Assembly: GCA_009859145.1 (NCBI GenBank)
Contig: VRVR01000021.1
Span: 195,507-259,506 of the forward strand
Direction: 5' to 3'
Length of the DNA: 64,000 bases
Source: Andalucia godoyi And28
Taxonomy: Eukaryota > Protista > Jakobida
Positions within the stretch are counted from its first letter, which is position 1, and the number at the start of each line of letters is the position of its first letter. The position numbers were made by a program, and so were the translations under genes. Under the pieces are notes generated by a model that saw nothing but the letters and a program-made list of their open reading frames with translations, was not told the DNA's origin and searched no databases. Below are positions 20,738 through 31,931 of the stretch, piece by piece.

Positions 20738-22218
20738 TCATACAGTCACAAACGAACCTTGTTTAGATTGTTGTGTCTGCATCTGCGGCTGCTGTTGTTG
20801 GGCCATCATCATGGATCTGATTTTCTTGGCGAGAGCGCGCGCAAGGAACCTCTTGGTGGCATTGTCGCGGACGATTTTCAAGTGCTGTTCGACAGTGACG
20901 GCGCCTCGTTCGACGGCCTTGGACGCATAGTAGAGAAGATCATCATACGCAGCATCTTCTGCCAGGCAATCATAGTATTGCTGTGCCAAAAAATCCGCCG
21001 GCACAAATATTTGGTCGGGATCGACGGCCTCTCCGCGCGCCTCAAGACGCTCAATGTCCTCGGCAAGAACCCCGGACTCGGCCTCGTACGACCGGATGCG
21101 CGCTTCGGCAGCCGAGATCTCCGAGGCCAAATCAACTTGCAGTGTCGAAGCCGTGCGCGACCGCTGTCCAAGCGCCGATTCCTGGTCCCACAACGCACGC
21201 ATCTCGGCACCCATCTGCGCTTGGAACTGTTGTAATACTACACGCACCTTCTGGTCTACAGACGCCGCGTACTGGGCATGCGCTGACTGCGCAGGGGGCT
21301 GTGCAGACACGACGGCAGCATGATTCACACTAGTGGAGGCAATAGCAGCAGCGGCGGCAGAGTTCCCCATGGTGTTGGCACGAGTGGCCGTTGGAGGATA
21401 GCCATACGACGTTGGTGGCTGCTGCTGTGGCTGTTGGATGGCGACGGTGGGTTTTGAATAGACGGGTGGTTCTTGGCTAAACGCACTGGCCATCACTGTC
21501 AGCAGCTCAAACATTGTCGATGATCCACCTTTCCACTATTCCCATTGCAACGATCACATTAGTAATTGGATTTCATCACCACGAAACAATGAACAGCGAG
21601 CAAGAACAGAAACGAAAAAGGAAAAGAAAAAAACACCAACAACAACCCAAAAAAAAAAAAAAAGGCAAAGAACACATGCGTTTTGAAGGTAGGGATGGAC
21701 AAAGGTCCCAGTGGCTTGAACATTCTTGTGGCCTTCCTTGATGATCATTTGTGGAGTGGGCACAACGACAGGTATTGGCGGTTGGATGGGATATGCATGT
21801 GGTATGTGAATTGACACTGGAATATTATACTGCGCGCCTCGAAAGTCAATAGGAATAGTCCCCGTCAATGCGATCACATTCACATATCTTCCATTTCCAA
21901 CTTCTAATAACCGAACGTAAGAAAAAAACCACGACCATTGATCATTAGACATTTTCCATCACTCGACTAGAAAACAGAAAAAACAACAACTGAAAAATAA
22001 ACAAAAAACAAAGACACAGAAGAAGAAGAAGAGAAGCACAAGAGGAAGGAGAGGGAATGGACGGAGGACATACGAAGAGAACCGAGTCTAGGAGTCAGCG
22101 AGTTGCACGATGAACACACTGCAACGACATCCTGACGAACAGCCGCATCATGGCGATAGTCTCTACACTGCATAATAAGCGACTGCACTTGCGCATTCAG
22201 TGCATACGCTTGATTCAT
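20738..22218 (-). CDS. TSG101: ESCRT-I subunit TSG101/VPS23, 3 exons (22218-22074, 21903-21680, 21535-20738)
   Basis: UEV domain (ALTGTIPIDFRGAQYNIPVSIHIPHAYPIQPP...HPYLQN|W), Pro/Gln-rich linker, coiled coil and steadiness box (QYYDCLAEDAAYDDLLYY...EQHLKIVR..ATKRFLARAL). Exon phases are consistent. Confidence 0.93.
21536..21679 (-). other. non-canonical GC-AG intron (144 nt) in TSG101
   Basis: Donor AAC|GCATGT, branch TACTAAT, acceptor AATAG|TGG. This junction restores the conserved UEV Trp in phase 0. Confidence 0.75.
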
Positions 22219-22570
22219 CTTCCCTTGAAAAAATTTCTCTTTTTAGACAATCTATAATATTTAAAAAACGCGACGTCACCAATAATAATAATAATAATAT
22301 AATAATAATAATAATAACTTTAATCATATGAGAGGGTGGAAAAAAAAAGGAAATGAGAAGAGCAACGAAAACAAGGGAAAGTGAGGCAAGCCGAGTTCCA
22401 CAGAATGCAGATTCGGATGAATGTCGACAGATGGCGACGCTCGCAGAACTTTGCTCATTCCCAGCGGAGAATATCTTCCTCGCGGCAGCAGCACTATGAG
22501 TCCTTTGTACAGGCATTTTTCATTGGAGTAGTTGTGAGGTATCTACGGATTTGAATGTCAGGGACGGCGA

Positions 22571-24064
22571 ATGAGGATGGGCATGAGGATGAGGATGAGC
22601 AAGAGTGTGATGCGATTAATGTGTGTTGTGCTGGTTGCGAGTGGCGTGGCGAGTGGGCTGAGTCGGGAAGAGTGGCGCAATCGGACGGTATACCAGGCGC
22701 TGACGGATCGGTTTGCCCTGTCGCCGCCATCGCGCACATCAAGTCCTCCATGTAAGGATCTCCGAGGATATTGCGGCGGGACCTTTGCCGGTCTGACAGC
22801 AATGCTTCCGTACCTCGTCGAGCTGGGGTTTGATGCCGTGTGGATCTCGCCGGTTGCGCCGCAAGTGGACGATGGAAGTGCGGGCGGCTACCATGGCTAC
22901 TGGATGCAAACCGTCGATGCGCGGTCCGTCAACCCGCACTTTGGATCCGCGCAGGACTTGTTGACATTCGTCACCACCGCCCATCGTGCGGGAGTGGCCG
23001 TCATGGCGGACGTGGTTGCGAACCACATGGGCCCGGTTGGCACCGACTACGGCCGCCTGGACCCGTTCTCGTCCGCAGACTACTTCCACCCGTGGTGCGA
23101 GATCACCGACTGGGGCAACCAATCGCAGGTTGAAGTGTGTCGGCTTGCCTCATTGCCAGATCTCGATCAGAGCCACCCGTTTGTGCGATCGACACTCATC
23201 GACTGGATCCAGCAGCTGGTCGTGACATTCGGGTTCGACGGCGTGCGCATCGACACGGTCCCCGAGGTGCATCCAGACTTTTGGTCGGCGTTTGCAGAGG
23301 CAGCTGGCGTGTTTACGATCGGCGAGGTGTTCAACGGCGATGTTGGATACTTGGCGCGGTATGCCCAGGAAGCCTCCGTCCTCGATGCGGTGCTCTCGTA
23401 TCCAATGTTCTTCTCGCTTCGCAGCGTGTTTGCGCAGCAGCAGTCCATGCGACAGATTGAGACAACATGGTTCCGCTATCTGCAGGCCTTTCCAAAATCG
23501 CTTCCATTCCTCGGCACCTTCTACGACAACCACGACAATGCGCGTGCGCTCGGACTCAACCCGGACCGCACGCTCTACAAGAATGCGCTCGCCTATGTCC
23601 TGTTCGCAGAGGGCCTGCCCATCGTGTACTACGGGTCCGAACAGGCGTTCAGCGGCGGAAATGATCCGCTCAACCGCGAGTCGCTCTGGCCGCACTACGA
23701 CCCAACTTCGGAAATGTACCTGTGGATCCAGACGTTGAATCGCATTCGCAAAAATCGACCAGAGGATATGTACGGTGCGCCACAGGTCCAGCGATATGCA
23801 GACGACAGCTTCTATGCGTTCTCGCGCGGCATGACACTCGTCTTGATGACGAATGTGGGCGGCGGGCAGCAGGTGCAGCCTGTGAATCGTCGCATCACAT
23901 ACCATCCGTTTCAGATCGGGTCGACAATCTGCGAGATTCTCCTGAGCGCGGCGATGAACCCCAAGTTGCCGGGGTCCTTGCAGCAGGATTGCATCACGGT
24001 CACGTCCTCGGGGTTCGATGTTTCGCTTGTGAATGGGATGCCAAAGGTATATACTCTTGCATAG
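22571..24064 (+). CDS. secreted alpha-amylase (GH13, Taka-amylase-like)
   Basis: Signal peptide, YQALTDRFA, GYHGYW, DVVANH, DGVRIDTV (nucleophile), GEVF (acid/base), DNHDNAR. Confidence 0.93.
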   Translation: MRMGMRMRMSKSVMRLMCVVLVASGVASGLSREEWRNRTVYQALTDRFALSPPSRTSSPPCKDLRGYCGGTFAGLTAMLPYLVELGFDAVWISPVAPQVDDGSAGGYHGYWMQTVDARSVNPHFGSAQDLLTFVTTAHRAGVAVMADVVANHMGPVGTDYGRLDPFSSADYFHPWCEITDWGNQSQVEVCRLASLPDLDQSHPFVRSTLIDWIQQLVVTFGFDGVRIDTVPEVHPDFWSAFAEAAGVFTIGEVFNGDVGYLARYAQEASVLDAVLSYPMFFSLRSVFAQQQSMRQIETTWFRYLQAFPKSLPFLGTFYDNHDNARALGLNPDRTLYKNALAYVLFAEGLPIVYYGSEQAFSGGNDPLNRESLWPHYDPTSEMYLWIQTLNRIRKNRPEDMYGAPQVQRYADDSFYAFSRGMTLVLMTNVGGGQQVQPVNRRITYHPFQIGSTICEILLSAAMNPKLPGSLQQDCITVTSSGFDVSLVNGMPKVYTLA

Positions 24065-24114
24065 GATAGTCCTTGTTCTCTCTTCCTCTTCCGTCCCTCT
24101 TGGCTCCATCATCA

Positions 24115-24152
<38 letters not shown>

Positions 24153-24468
24153 TTGATAGTGTGGACTGTGTAACAAACGAATTCACGTTTTCCCGGTTGT
24201 GCCTGGCGTCCCTGCGTTTGGCGTCTGCCGCTCTGCAAAAACGGCCTTGCGTTCGCCGCACGATTCGCCATCCAGACTTTCTGATTACCCAACGACTGTA
24301 AGAGATATGCAGAATACGCATCATCATCCGCGAAATCTCAGCAGGCATATTCAATCGTTTCTTCATGTATTTTTCAGTGGTTTTTGCAACTGTCTTCCCG
24401 TGAGAGTGAAAGAAAATTCTTGTCTTGGCTGTATTTTTTGGATTTGGATTTGGATTTGGATTTCGGAA

Positions 24469-25899
24469 ATGGAGTACTGCATTGCTGCATGTTCTCTTGA
24501 TTCCACGCTGTGCATTATGGATCCAGTGTCGGGAACGGTTTTATCGACGCTGCAAAAAGGACCAGTTGCGAATGAAAACGTGCTGGTGCAAGTTGGCCGC
24601 TACATTCTGACTGCGCAAGGCTCGACTCTCACATGTCATCTCACACCGCCACTTGATCGGCAGCTCGATGCTTTAGATCCCGAGTCGTTTCAGCAGAGCA
24701 ATGCTAACAACTTCAGCAGCAGTAATGGTAACAGCAACAGCAACAGCAACAGCAACAGTAGCAGCAGTAGTAGCAGCAGCAGCAATGCCAATGACCTGTT
24801 ATCGGATCCGACGTTTCAATGGAAATCGCACGTACAGGAACCGATTACCGCGCTTGCAGTGACTTCGGATGCGTCATTTGTTATTGGGGGCTCGCACACT
24901 GGGAAGGTATCGATCTGGATGGCCGCAACAGGCAGCCTGCTTGTCGTTCGTCACGTGCATTCGCGAGAAATCACGTCGATAAAGTGCAGCGATGAAATTG
25001 TGTGGAGCGGGTGCATGGATGCGACAGTGAAACAGCACTCGATTTCGCAGTTGCTGTTGGATAGTATAGTGAACCCGCTGCGAATTCTCTCGCAGCATAC
25101 GCTTGGAATCAAGTCGCTGCAGTATTCGAATGGGTGGCTGGTGTCGGTTGGTGCCGATCGACAGGTGCATGTGTGGTCCGAGAGAGAATCGGCAGAAGTG
25201 GTGTCGTTCAGTTTGCCAAGCCAAGGAACATGTGCCGCGCTTTCCGCAGATACACATACGTTGGTCGTCGGTTCCGTTACCGGCGCAATGTTTGTGATTC
25301 AATTATATCCTTTTCCGCCAGCAGTTTCCGATGAAACTGTGACGTCCGTCGATGGCCACTCGGCACAGGTCACGTCTCTCCAGTTTAACGCACTTGGAAA
25401 CCGACTGATCTCGTCGTCACAGGATGGTTCGGTGCGGCTGTGGGACACTCATTCGTGGACGTGCGTAGTGTCCCACGACATGCGAAAAAACGCAGTCACC
25501 GTAGCGCGCTTTCTGGATGTGTATCCCACATCCGAGGAGACAGAAGATGAAAACCCGGTGCTTGGAATGCTGCAAAAGTACCCTTTGGAGGCCGATGCAG
25601 AAATCGATGCGTCTGCCGTGCTGGGTGCCGAAAGCGACGAATCGGTGGCCCAGCTTCTGAGGGAACTGCGCATGCTCGGAGGAGACGTCGGTGATCTCCA
25701 GCTCGACTCGGTTCTCCAGCAAATCGGAGGTGGAGCGTTGGACGACTTTTCCTTCGAGGATGAAGACGTCCGGGACGAGCTTGAGGAGTCTCGGCAGCAA
25801 GGAAAGGCGTTGTATGCAGAGTGTGTGCACGAGCTTCTCGATGTCATCAAGCTTACTCGGCAGCCCTCGGCTTCCTCCTCCGCTCGTCGGAAATTGTAA
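24469..25899 (+). CDS. WDR18: WD40 protein WDR18/IPI3 (rixosome)
   Basis: EPITALAVTSDASFVIGGSHTGKVSIWMAATGSLL, LSQHTLGIKSL, GHSAQVTSLQFNALGNRLISSSQDGSVRLWD and a C-terminal coiled coil. Start at MEYCIAA. Confidence 0.7.
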   Translation: MEYCIAACSLDSTLCIMDPVSGTVLSTLQKGPVANENVLVQVGRYILTAQGSTLTCHLTPPLDRQLDALDPESFQQSNANNFSSSNGNSNSNSNSNSSSSSSSSSNANDLLSDPTFQWKSHVQEPITALAVTSDASFVIGGSHTGKVSIWMAATGSLLVVRHVHSREITSIKCSDEIVWSGCMDATVKQHSISQLLLDSIVNPLRILSQHTLGIKSLQYSNGWLVSVGADRQVHVWSERESAEVVSFSLPSQGTCAALSADTHTLVVGSVTGAMFVIQLYPFPPAVSDETVTSVDGHSAQVTSLQFNALGNRLISSSQDGSVRLWDTHSWTCVVSHDMRKNAVTVARFLDVYPTSEETEDENPVLGMLQKYPLEADAEIDASAVLGAESDESVAQLLRELRMLGGDVGDLQLDSVLQQIGGGALDDFSFEDEDVRDELEESRQQGKALYAECVHELLDVIKLTRQPSASSSARRKL

Positions 25900-26172
25900 T
25901 TCTCTACTTCTTGCATTCTTGTTATGATTTTTACCCGTTGTTATTCTCGCCGAGTATATTGAAGAAATGAAAAACAAAAAGGAACAGAGAACCCCCGTTG
26001 TTCGTGTGTGCAATATGAAACGTAAATCCAATGGGGAAGATGAACAATCGTTAAACAGGGAGAGGATTTTCACGACTATGTTACTGTTTATGGGATTCTG
26101 AGGATCCCATTGTAAGAACGAGAGTGTGGTGTTGAGATATGAGTGAGTGAGAGGGACATGAATGTGTATATA

Positions 26173-26204
<32 letters not shown>

Positions 26205-26262
26205 TGTGTGTGTGTGGATATGCGGGAATGGGGGAGTGTGCGAGACTGTCTGCAGCAGCTGA

Positions 26263-26664
26263 TCATGACTTTGGAGGGGCATTGGCCTCGGCTTGCTGCT
26301 GCTCCCTTGCAAAGAATTCTTCGAGATTCCAATTATTTTCCTTTTCGATTGTTTCTCGAGCCCTGTAGATCTTGGATTGAATGTAGAACGAGCCTCCTTT
26401 TGACGGTTCGTTTGCATTGAACATGCGTTCATAGACCTTGGCCGCATCCTGTGCCGTTGCATTATCCTTGAGCCCCAGCACCGACTTTGCTTCCTCGAGA
26501 TTCATCGGTCGTGGTCTCAATCCACGCATGTGCGACGGTCCAGCGACTTGAAACCCGCCCGATGCACGCACATGCCGGAACGCATCCACCGCAGACTTTA
26601 GGACAATCCCCCCACCAATCACAAGAACTCGCGCCAGCAGTCTCCCAATGAACGGATTCGACAT
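26263..26664 (-). CDS. PAM16: mitochondrial import motor subunit PAM16/TIM16
   Basis: VLVIGGGIVLKSAVDAFR, MNLEEAKSVLGL, YERMFNANEPSKGGSFYIQSKIYRARE. Confidence 0.95.
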   Translation of the reverse strand: MSNPFIGRLLARVLVIGGGIVLKSAVDAFRHVRASGGFQVAGPSHMRGLRPRPMNLEEAKSVLGLKDNATAQDAAKVYERMFNANEPSKGGSFYIQSKIYRARETIEKENNWNLEEFFAREQQQAEANAPPKS

Positions 26665-26692
26665 TGGAAAAGCCTAAGACACGCACAGCCGA

Positions 26693-26735
26693 AAGAAACA
26701 AGAAACAAGAAACAAGAAACAAGAAACAAGAAACA
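26693..26735. repeat. (AAGAAAC)n tandem repeat
   Basis: About six 7-mer units upstream of PAM16. Confidence 0.9.
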
Positions 26736-27003
26736 AAAGAACGCCATAAACAACAAAACCAAAGCTTGGAAAAATGCGAATTGCGATCCTCTTCCTCACT
26801 ACTGCATAGAGGCGCCTCAAGTTCATCTGTTTATTTCGCGCTCCCTCAGCATTGAAAGCTGACTGTAGTACCATTTGTTTTTTCATTCCTTTTCTTGTTG
26901 TTATCAACGTTCCTTTTTTAAACAGTAAAGTATTTATACTATACGAACCCTTTAAAATTACAACAATAAATATATTTAGAAAGCGGTGAGAGGGAGCGAT
27001 GTG

Positions 27004-28290
27004 ATGAAGGATCTTATTGTGGGAGTGGAGACGTCGTGTGACGACACGTGTGTCGCAGTGATGAGCATGGAGTCGGGTGATGTCCTGTATGAATCGCGAG
27101 TGTCGCAAGAGCATTTGAACGAGCGGTTTGCAGGAGTGAAGCCAGATGCAGCGGCCAAAGAACATTCCCGTGTCTTGGACTCCATTCTCGTAGAAGCACT
27201 GCGTAGAAGCAGCATTGGAACAGCATATAATGGTAATGGCAACGTCACTGACGACAGGACCACTGTCAGTGGCTATCATGGCGACTCAGAGAGCGGGCGG
27301 GAGGGTGCTTCGTCCGTTTCAGTGTTAGACAGTGCGCTGGCGAACCAAAGTCTGTTTTCTGTGCTCAGAGAACGAGTTGCGGCGGTTGCATATACAAGAG
27401 GACCGGGTCTTGCAATGTGTTTAGCCGTGGGTGCGTCGTCATCGCGCACTTTGGCTTCGCGTTTGCAAGTTCCCTTGTTCCCTGTGCATCACTTGGCTGC
27501 GCATTTGCTTGTTCCACGGTTGTTTTCACGGTCGATTGCATTTCCATTTCTTGGATTGCTGGTATCAGGAGGCCACTGTCTCGTCGCAATGAGCCGCTCG
27601 CCTGCAAAACACGAGGTTCTGGCGGAAACCATGGATGATGCTCTGGGTGAAGCGTTCGACAAGACGGCCCGTTTGCTTATGCTTCCGCATCCTCACAACG
27701 GCCAGACCCTCGAACGGGAGGCGCTGAAGGCCACTGATCCGGAGAAGTTTCTGTCACGCATGCCGCTTCCATTGAGGAACACGCCTGCCACGAAGGCATT
27801 CTCGTTTGCAGGACTAAAGACGAGTATGCTGCGATTGGTGCTCGAGCTGTCTGGACAGAAGCAAAAGGATCATATCCGACTGTCGCAAGTTGCAGCATCT
27901 GCGCTTTCCATTGAAGACCGCAGGAACCTTGCTGCGGCCTTTCAGACCGTTGCGACGAAGCATGTGGTCAGACAGGTCGGTTCGGTGATGGATGGCATTC
28001 CGTTCAGCACAACAAGGCAGCTCATTGTTTCGGGCGGTGTCGCTTCGAACCAGTTTCTGCGGTCCAGTTTGGAAGCATTGTGTGAGGATCGGGGATGGAA
28101 AGTTGATTTCCCTCCACCGCCAGTCTGTACGGACAATGCAGTGATGGTGTGTTGGGCAGCAAGAGACATGAAGAAGGAAATGGCATGGACAGGATGGGAC
28201 GGCCAAGTTGCGGATGCCCGGTTCGCGGCTGGAAAAGGAATTCAACCGCGGTGGTTTGTGGAAGATTGGGCGAGTTTCAAAGATCTCTGA
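27004..28290 (+). CDS. OSGEPL1: tRNA N6-threonylcarbamoyltransferase, Qri7/OSGEPL1/TsaD type
   Basis: GVETSCDDT, RGPGL, VHHLAAH, LLVSGGH, TMDDALGEAFDKTARLL, FSFAGLKT, SGGVASN, CTDNAVMV. Confidence 0.9.
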   Translation: MKDLIVGVETSCDDTCVAVMSMESGDVLYESRVSQEHLNERFAGVKPDAAAKEHSRVLDSILVEALRRSSIGTAYNGNGNVTDDRTTVSGYHGDSESGREGASSVSVLDSALANQSLFSVLRERVAAVAYTRGPGLAMCLAVGASSSRTLASRLQVPLFPVHHLAAHLLVPRLFSRSIAFPFLGLLVSGGHCLVAMSRSPAKHEVLAETMDDALGEAFDKTARLLMLPHPHNGQTLEREALKATDPEKFLSRMPLPLRNTPATKAFSFAGLKTSMLRLVLELSGQKQKDHIRLSQVAASALSIEDRRNLAAAFQTVATKHVVRQVGSVMDGIPFSTTRQLIVSGGVASNQFLRSSLEALCEDRGWKVDFPPPPVCTDNAVMVCWAARDMKKEMAWTGWDGQVADARFAAGKGIQPRWFVEDWASFKDL

Positions 28291-28437
28291 GACCCCCGCA
28301 AGCCAAATTTACCCCAAAGCACAGCACATCACAGAACAAAAATGAACGCAGCAATGTTTTGGTATTAAGAGGGAGGAGGGAGGCGGGAGGCGGGAGCGGT
28401 TGTTTCCATGTTGCACTCTTCGGGAGGGGAAATTTTA

Positions 28438-29776
28438 CTACTGCTTTGCGCGAATCTTGACGATTGCTGCAACTTGTGTGGACATGGCAACAGATTGATT
28501 ATCTTGGAAGTTGGCCGCATTCTGTGCCAACGAGTCCTTGTCATACAGATAATTGACCATCCAGCCAAAGGATTGCCGTTGACCATTTTCGCTAAGATCC
28601 GCCATCGAGTTCAATCTCCAGAGAACCGCACCATTTGCACAATGGAACCTCATGACGGGGTCCTTCTTCTGAACAGCGAGATACTCGGCAACAACGACGG
28701 ACTGTTCACCAAACGTCATGCTCGAGAAATCAATCTCCTTGGCCCTCAAGTATGGTGCCAGAGTCGGAATAGGCGACAGTGTGCTCATTTTAGTGACATT
28801 TGCAAAGTCTGCGGCGTCATCGAACCGTGACGAGTACACCATCTTTTTCAGCAAGATGTTCCCCATATCCATTCCCTTCAGTCCCTTGTGGGGCGAGTTG
28901 ATGGAGTAGAAGATCGCACAAGGATTCGTGATGTCGCAATTCCGCGTATTCGCAGCCTCGTATATGCCGTCGTCGAAGATATCCTTCATGGAGCTTGCAA
29001 CGTCTGGCACAAACGCAACGCTGACGAATGCCAGTGGATCCTTCATGGAATCCGAAGTCAGCATGTAGATTCGCCTGTTTCGTCCGCATGCTCGGATCTC
29101 TACATCCTGCACGTCACGGAACTTGTGCACGGATTCATTGGCCATAACGAACGCCGTCCATGATCTCCATTTTTCATCATTGTTTCTGTGCCGAGTGAAG
29201 CTCTGAACTCGCAACACTGCGGGAGACAACCAATACGAAAAGAGCGTATCGAGCGACCTTTTGAGGGTTTCCATCTCTGGAACAGCACTCATGTTATTCT
29301 AGATAAATCGAACATGACAGCGAGAATCCGGCAAGCCCATTTTTCCCCTCCGCGGAATAGCCAAAGACAAACCAACGGAGCAACGGAGAAAAGAGAAATT
29401 AGAAAAACGCACACGCACACACGCACACACGCACACACACCAAGACCAGCAAGCAAAGCGTAAGCAATCAAAACACAAACACACATACAAGCACAGTATT
29501 TCGCAATTGAATCAGAGAATCCAGTCCTTGATCACTTGCCAACTGTTGAAATAACAAGATATGGTCCTTTTCAGGAAACTCCGACGCAAGACTGGCCAAG
29601 AATGCCGCTTTGGTACGTTCATTCGCCGCGGAATACTGAATCTGCAACGATTTTACAGAATCGGTGGCGATTCCGGCAGGCAAATGTGGGTATTTTGTGA
29701 GTGCATCACGAACCAATCCAGTGGATATGGAAGCCATTCGTCGTTGCATCCCAAACCGCACAGCACCACGAAGCAT
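28438..29776 (-). CDS. MLYCD: malonyl-CoA decarboxylase, 2 exons (29776-29489, 29298-28438)
   Basis: Presequence-like MLRGAVRFGMQRRMAS, 190-nt GTATGT...CTAG phase-0 intron, AIFYSINS..GLKGMDMGNILLK, TLSPIP, DPVMRFHCANGAVLWRLNSMAD, GWMVNYLY. Confidence 0.9.
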
Positions 29777-29885
29777 TGCCTCCTTTCCTTCCTTCCTACC
29801 TACCTTCCGTCTTCCCTCTCGTACTTGCGACTCGCGATCCCCCGCGACCCCGTGACCCCACCGCGTTGAGGACGTGACAGATCCA

Positions 29886-30328
29886 ACGGCTGACCGTTTT
29901 GTGTTTGAACATCCAACAACCAACATCATACCAGATGTTGTTTATCTTACCCTTTGGAGACGCGATTCTCTTACCGTAGTCAAATCCAGAATTTCTTCAT
30001 TCTTCACTTTTTATTCATACTTTCTATTTCTTTTCTGTTGTTTATTATAATCGAACCTTCAAGCAGAACCTCCTCGTCAGAGACAAAACATCTCATGGCT
30101 CCAAAGAGGAATCCTCCCGACAAACTCAAACCGGCCATGCTCCGAAGATAGCGAGAACCAAGAAACCCGTTGATCCCCTCTCGTCGGCGGCGGAGAGCAA
30201 GAAGAAGAAGAAGTGACCCCTCTGATGTAGAGCAATCTGCATTAAAGAGCTGGTGTTCGCCCCCAAATTAAAAAAAAAGCTCATGTGGCTTGGAGTGACA
30301 GCTTAGCCGACGGTCAATAATGATTCAT
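29886..30328 (-). repeat. dispersed repeat family R1, copy B (inverted relative to A and C; ~100-nt insertion at ~29945-30045)
   Basis: Core 30046-30328 aligns with the reverse complement of 14492-14760, and block ACGGCTGACCGTTTTGTG aligns with the reverse complement of 14792-14810. Confidence 0.9.
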
Positions 30329-30580
30329 CGGCCGTTGCCACTAATTGCGATATGATGAAGCAATCCAAAGCGCGCGCAAAGAAAAAAACACTGCCACGCG
30401 CCGTGCGTATGCGTATGCGCATGCGTTTGCTATCTTGACAACTCCGTCACACGATGCCCGATTCGTTTCGCCCCATTTTGATCATGAAGTCCCAATAAAC
30501 ACGTCGCCGCGTTGCATTCTCGCACAGCGACGCTCATTTCATTTTCTTATTGTTATTGTCCATGCAACGCAACATCTATC

Positions 30581-30716
30581 TTGGGAACGTCGCTCATGCC
30601 GAGGGACGTGTTGGGGCCTACCCCCTTCCCAATCATGCTATGCATGTTGTTGGGTTGCAACATTGATTATGGGTGATCAGCGATGATTATCCGTGGATTA
30701 GTGCACAATGTAGGCG
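30581..30716 (+). repeat. dispersed element R3, copy 1
   Basis: Ordered blocks TTGGGAACG, CGTGTTGGGGCCTAyCCyCTTCCC (22/24 identity), ATGCATG and AATGTAGGCG are shared with 47205-47342. Confidence 0.7.
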
Positions 30717-30950
30717 CAAGAAAACAGCAGGACTTCGGAAACAGACCAAGAGCGTCGATCGGTGTCGACTCTCGCTGCACGAATTCTGCGGAATCGTTTT
30801 TTCGTTTGAATGTTTTGCTTTAAATATTTCTTTTAAACATTTTAAATATTTGCTTTTGCGCAGTTATTATTTATTTTTGAGGGGGGTTTTGATACAGTGG
30901 GAAAACGCGCGAACAAAGAAGAAAGAAAGGAAAAAAAAAAAAAAAGAAAA

Positions 30951-31931
30951 ATGTTTTCGTTGTTTGTTGTGGGATTCATAAAGACGCCTTTTCGAGAGCG
31001 AAATGGGACTCCAAGGCAGTCGTTGCTTGCTCCGGCTGTGCGATCGACGCTTAAGATTCTTCCGCAGTGGCACGGAATATCCTCTCTGGATGGCTTGGAA
31101 TCGTTTTCTCATTGTTGGGTTGTTTTTTTGTTCGATCGAAATACCAACGAGGCGAAGAGATCTGGTTCAGAATCGATGGTTCAGACGCTGGATCCACGAC
31201 TCGGTGAACCGACGTCCGCAGAGAAATCCTATTCGGACGCACCGACTGCGGGTCTTGTGACGGACACTGTAAAACAGCCTGTGATGTCCATTCCAGCAAA
31301 AGTGTCGCCACCAAGACTTGGTGGAAAGAAGGTTGGGTTGTTTGCGACACGGACGCCGCATCGACCAAATCCAATCGGCCTTTCACTTGCTCGGATTGAA
31401 AGGCTCGATTTACTGACCGGCACGTTGCACTTGTCTGGACTGGATTTGTGCGACGGTACTGCAGTCCTGGATATCAAGCCGTACCATCCGCAAGATAGGA
31501 TAGAAAGCGCAAAGTTCCCCGAGTGGGTACTTGCAGATACGCGAACGAATGTCGCTACGGAGGCGTCCATGAACGAACTCGAGTTTGCAAGTTGGGTGTC
31601 GGACGACGCTGCATCTGCCCTGAGCATGATTGAGTTCAAGCCGTCTGTGAATTCAATTGTCCGAATTCCAAAGTCGGTGATTCTGAAAATCCGCGGTTGG
31701 CAGCCAAACTCGCAGTTCTACAGTGCCACAGGCCACAGAGATCTCTATGCGTTGGTGTTGTCAGTCGCACAAGTCCTTGCCTGCGAAATTCGGCCTGTGC
31801 ACGTGCGCAAACAGCGGTCTGACCAGACGTTTGGTTTGTGGTTTGACTGTTTTAATTTTCTATTTAGAACCAATGCAGACAGCGTGGATGTCGCGGACGT
31901 GGAACTTTGGATCGACGCGAAACAGCGATAA
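30951..31931 (+). CDS. TRMO: tRNA (N6-threonylcarbamoyl-A37) methyltransferase TRMO/TsaA
   Basis: VGFIKTPFRERNGTPRQ, LDGLESFSHCWVVFLFD, PPRLGGKKVGLFATRTPHRPNPIGLS, LSGLDLCDGTAVLDIKPY. Confidence 0.93.
   Translation: MFSLFVVGFIKTPFRERNGTPRQSLLAPAVRSTLKILPQWHGISSLDGLESFSHCWVVFLFDRNTNEAKRSGSESMVQTLDPRLGEPTSAEKSYSDAPTAGLVTDTVKQPVMSIPAKVSPPRLGGKKVGLFATRTPHRPNPIGLSLARIERLDLLTGTLHLSGLDLCDGTAVLDIKPYHPQDRIESAKFPEWVLADTRTNVATEASMNELEFASWVSDDAASALSMIEFKPSVNSIVRIPKSVILKIRGWQPNSQFYSATGHRDLYALVLSVAQVLACEIRPVHVRKQRSDQTFGLWFDCFNFLFRTNADSVDVADVELWIDAKQR

Noticed and set aside
23150-24292. 380-aa antisense ORF over the amylase
   Set aside because: Shadow ORF of GC-rich coding sequence with no motifs.
30095-30151. 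Short ORF MAPKRNPPDKLKPAMLRR inside R1
   Set aside because: Copy A has a stop at codon 4 and copy C is frameshifted, so the coding frame is not conserved.
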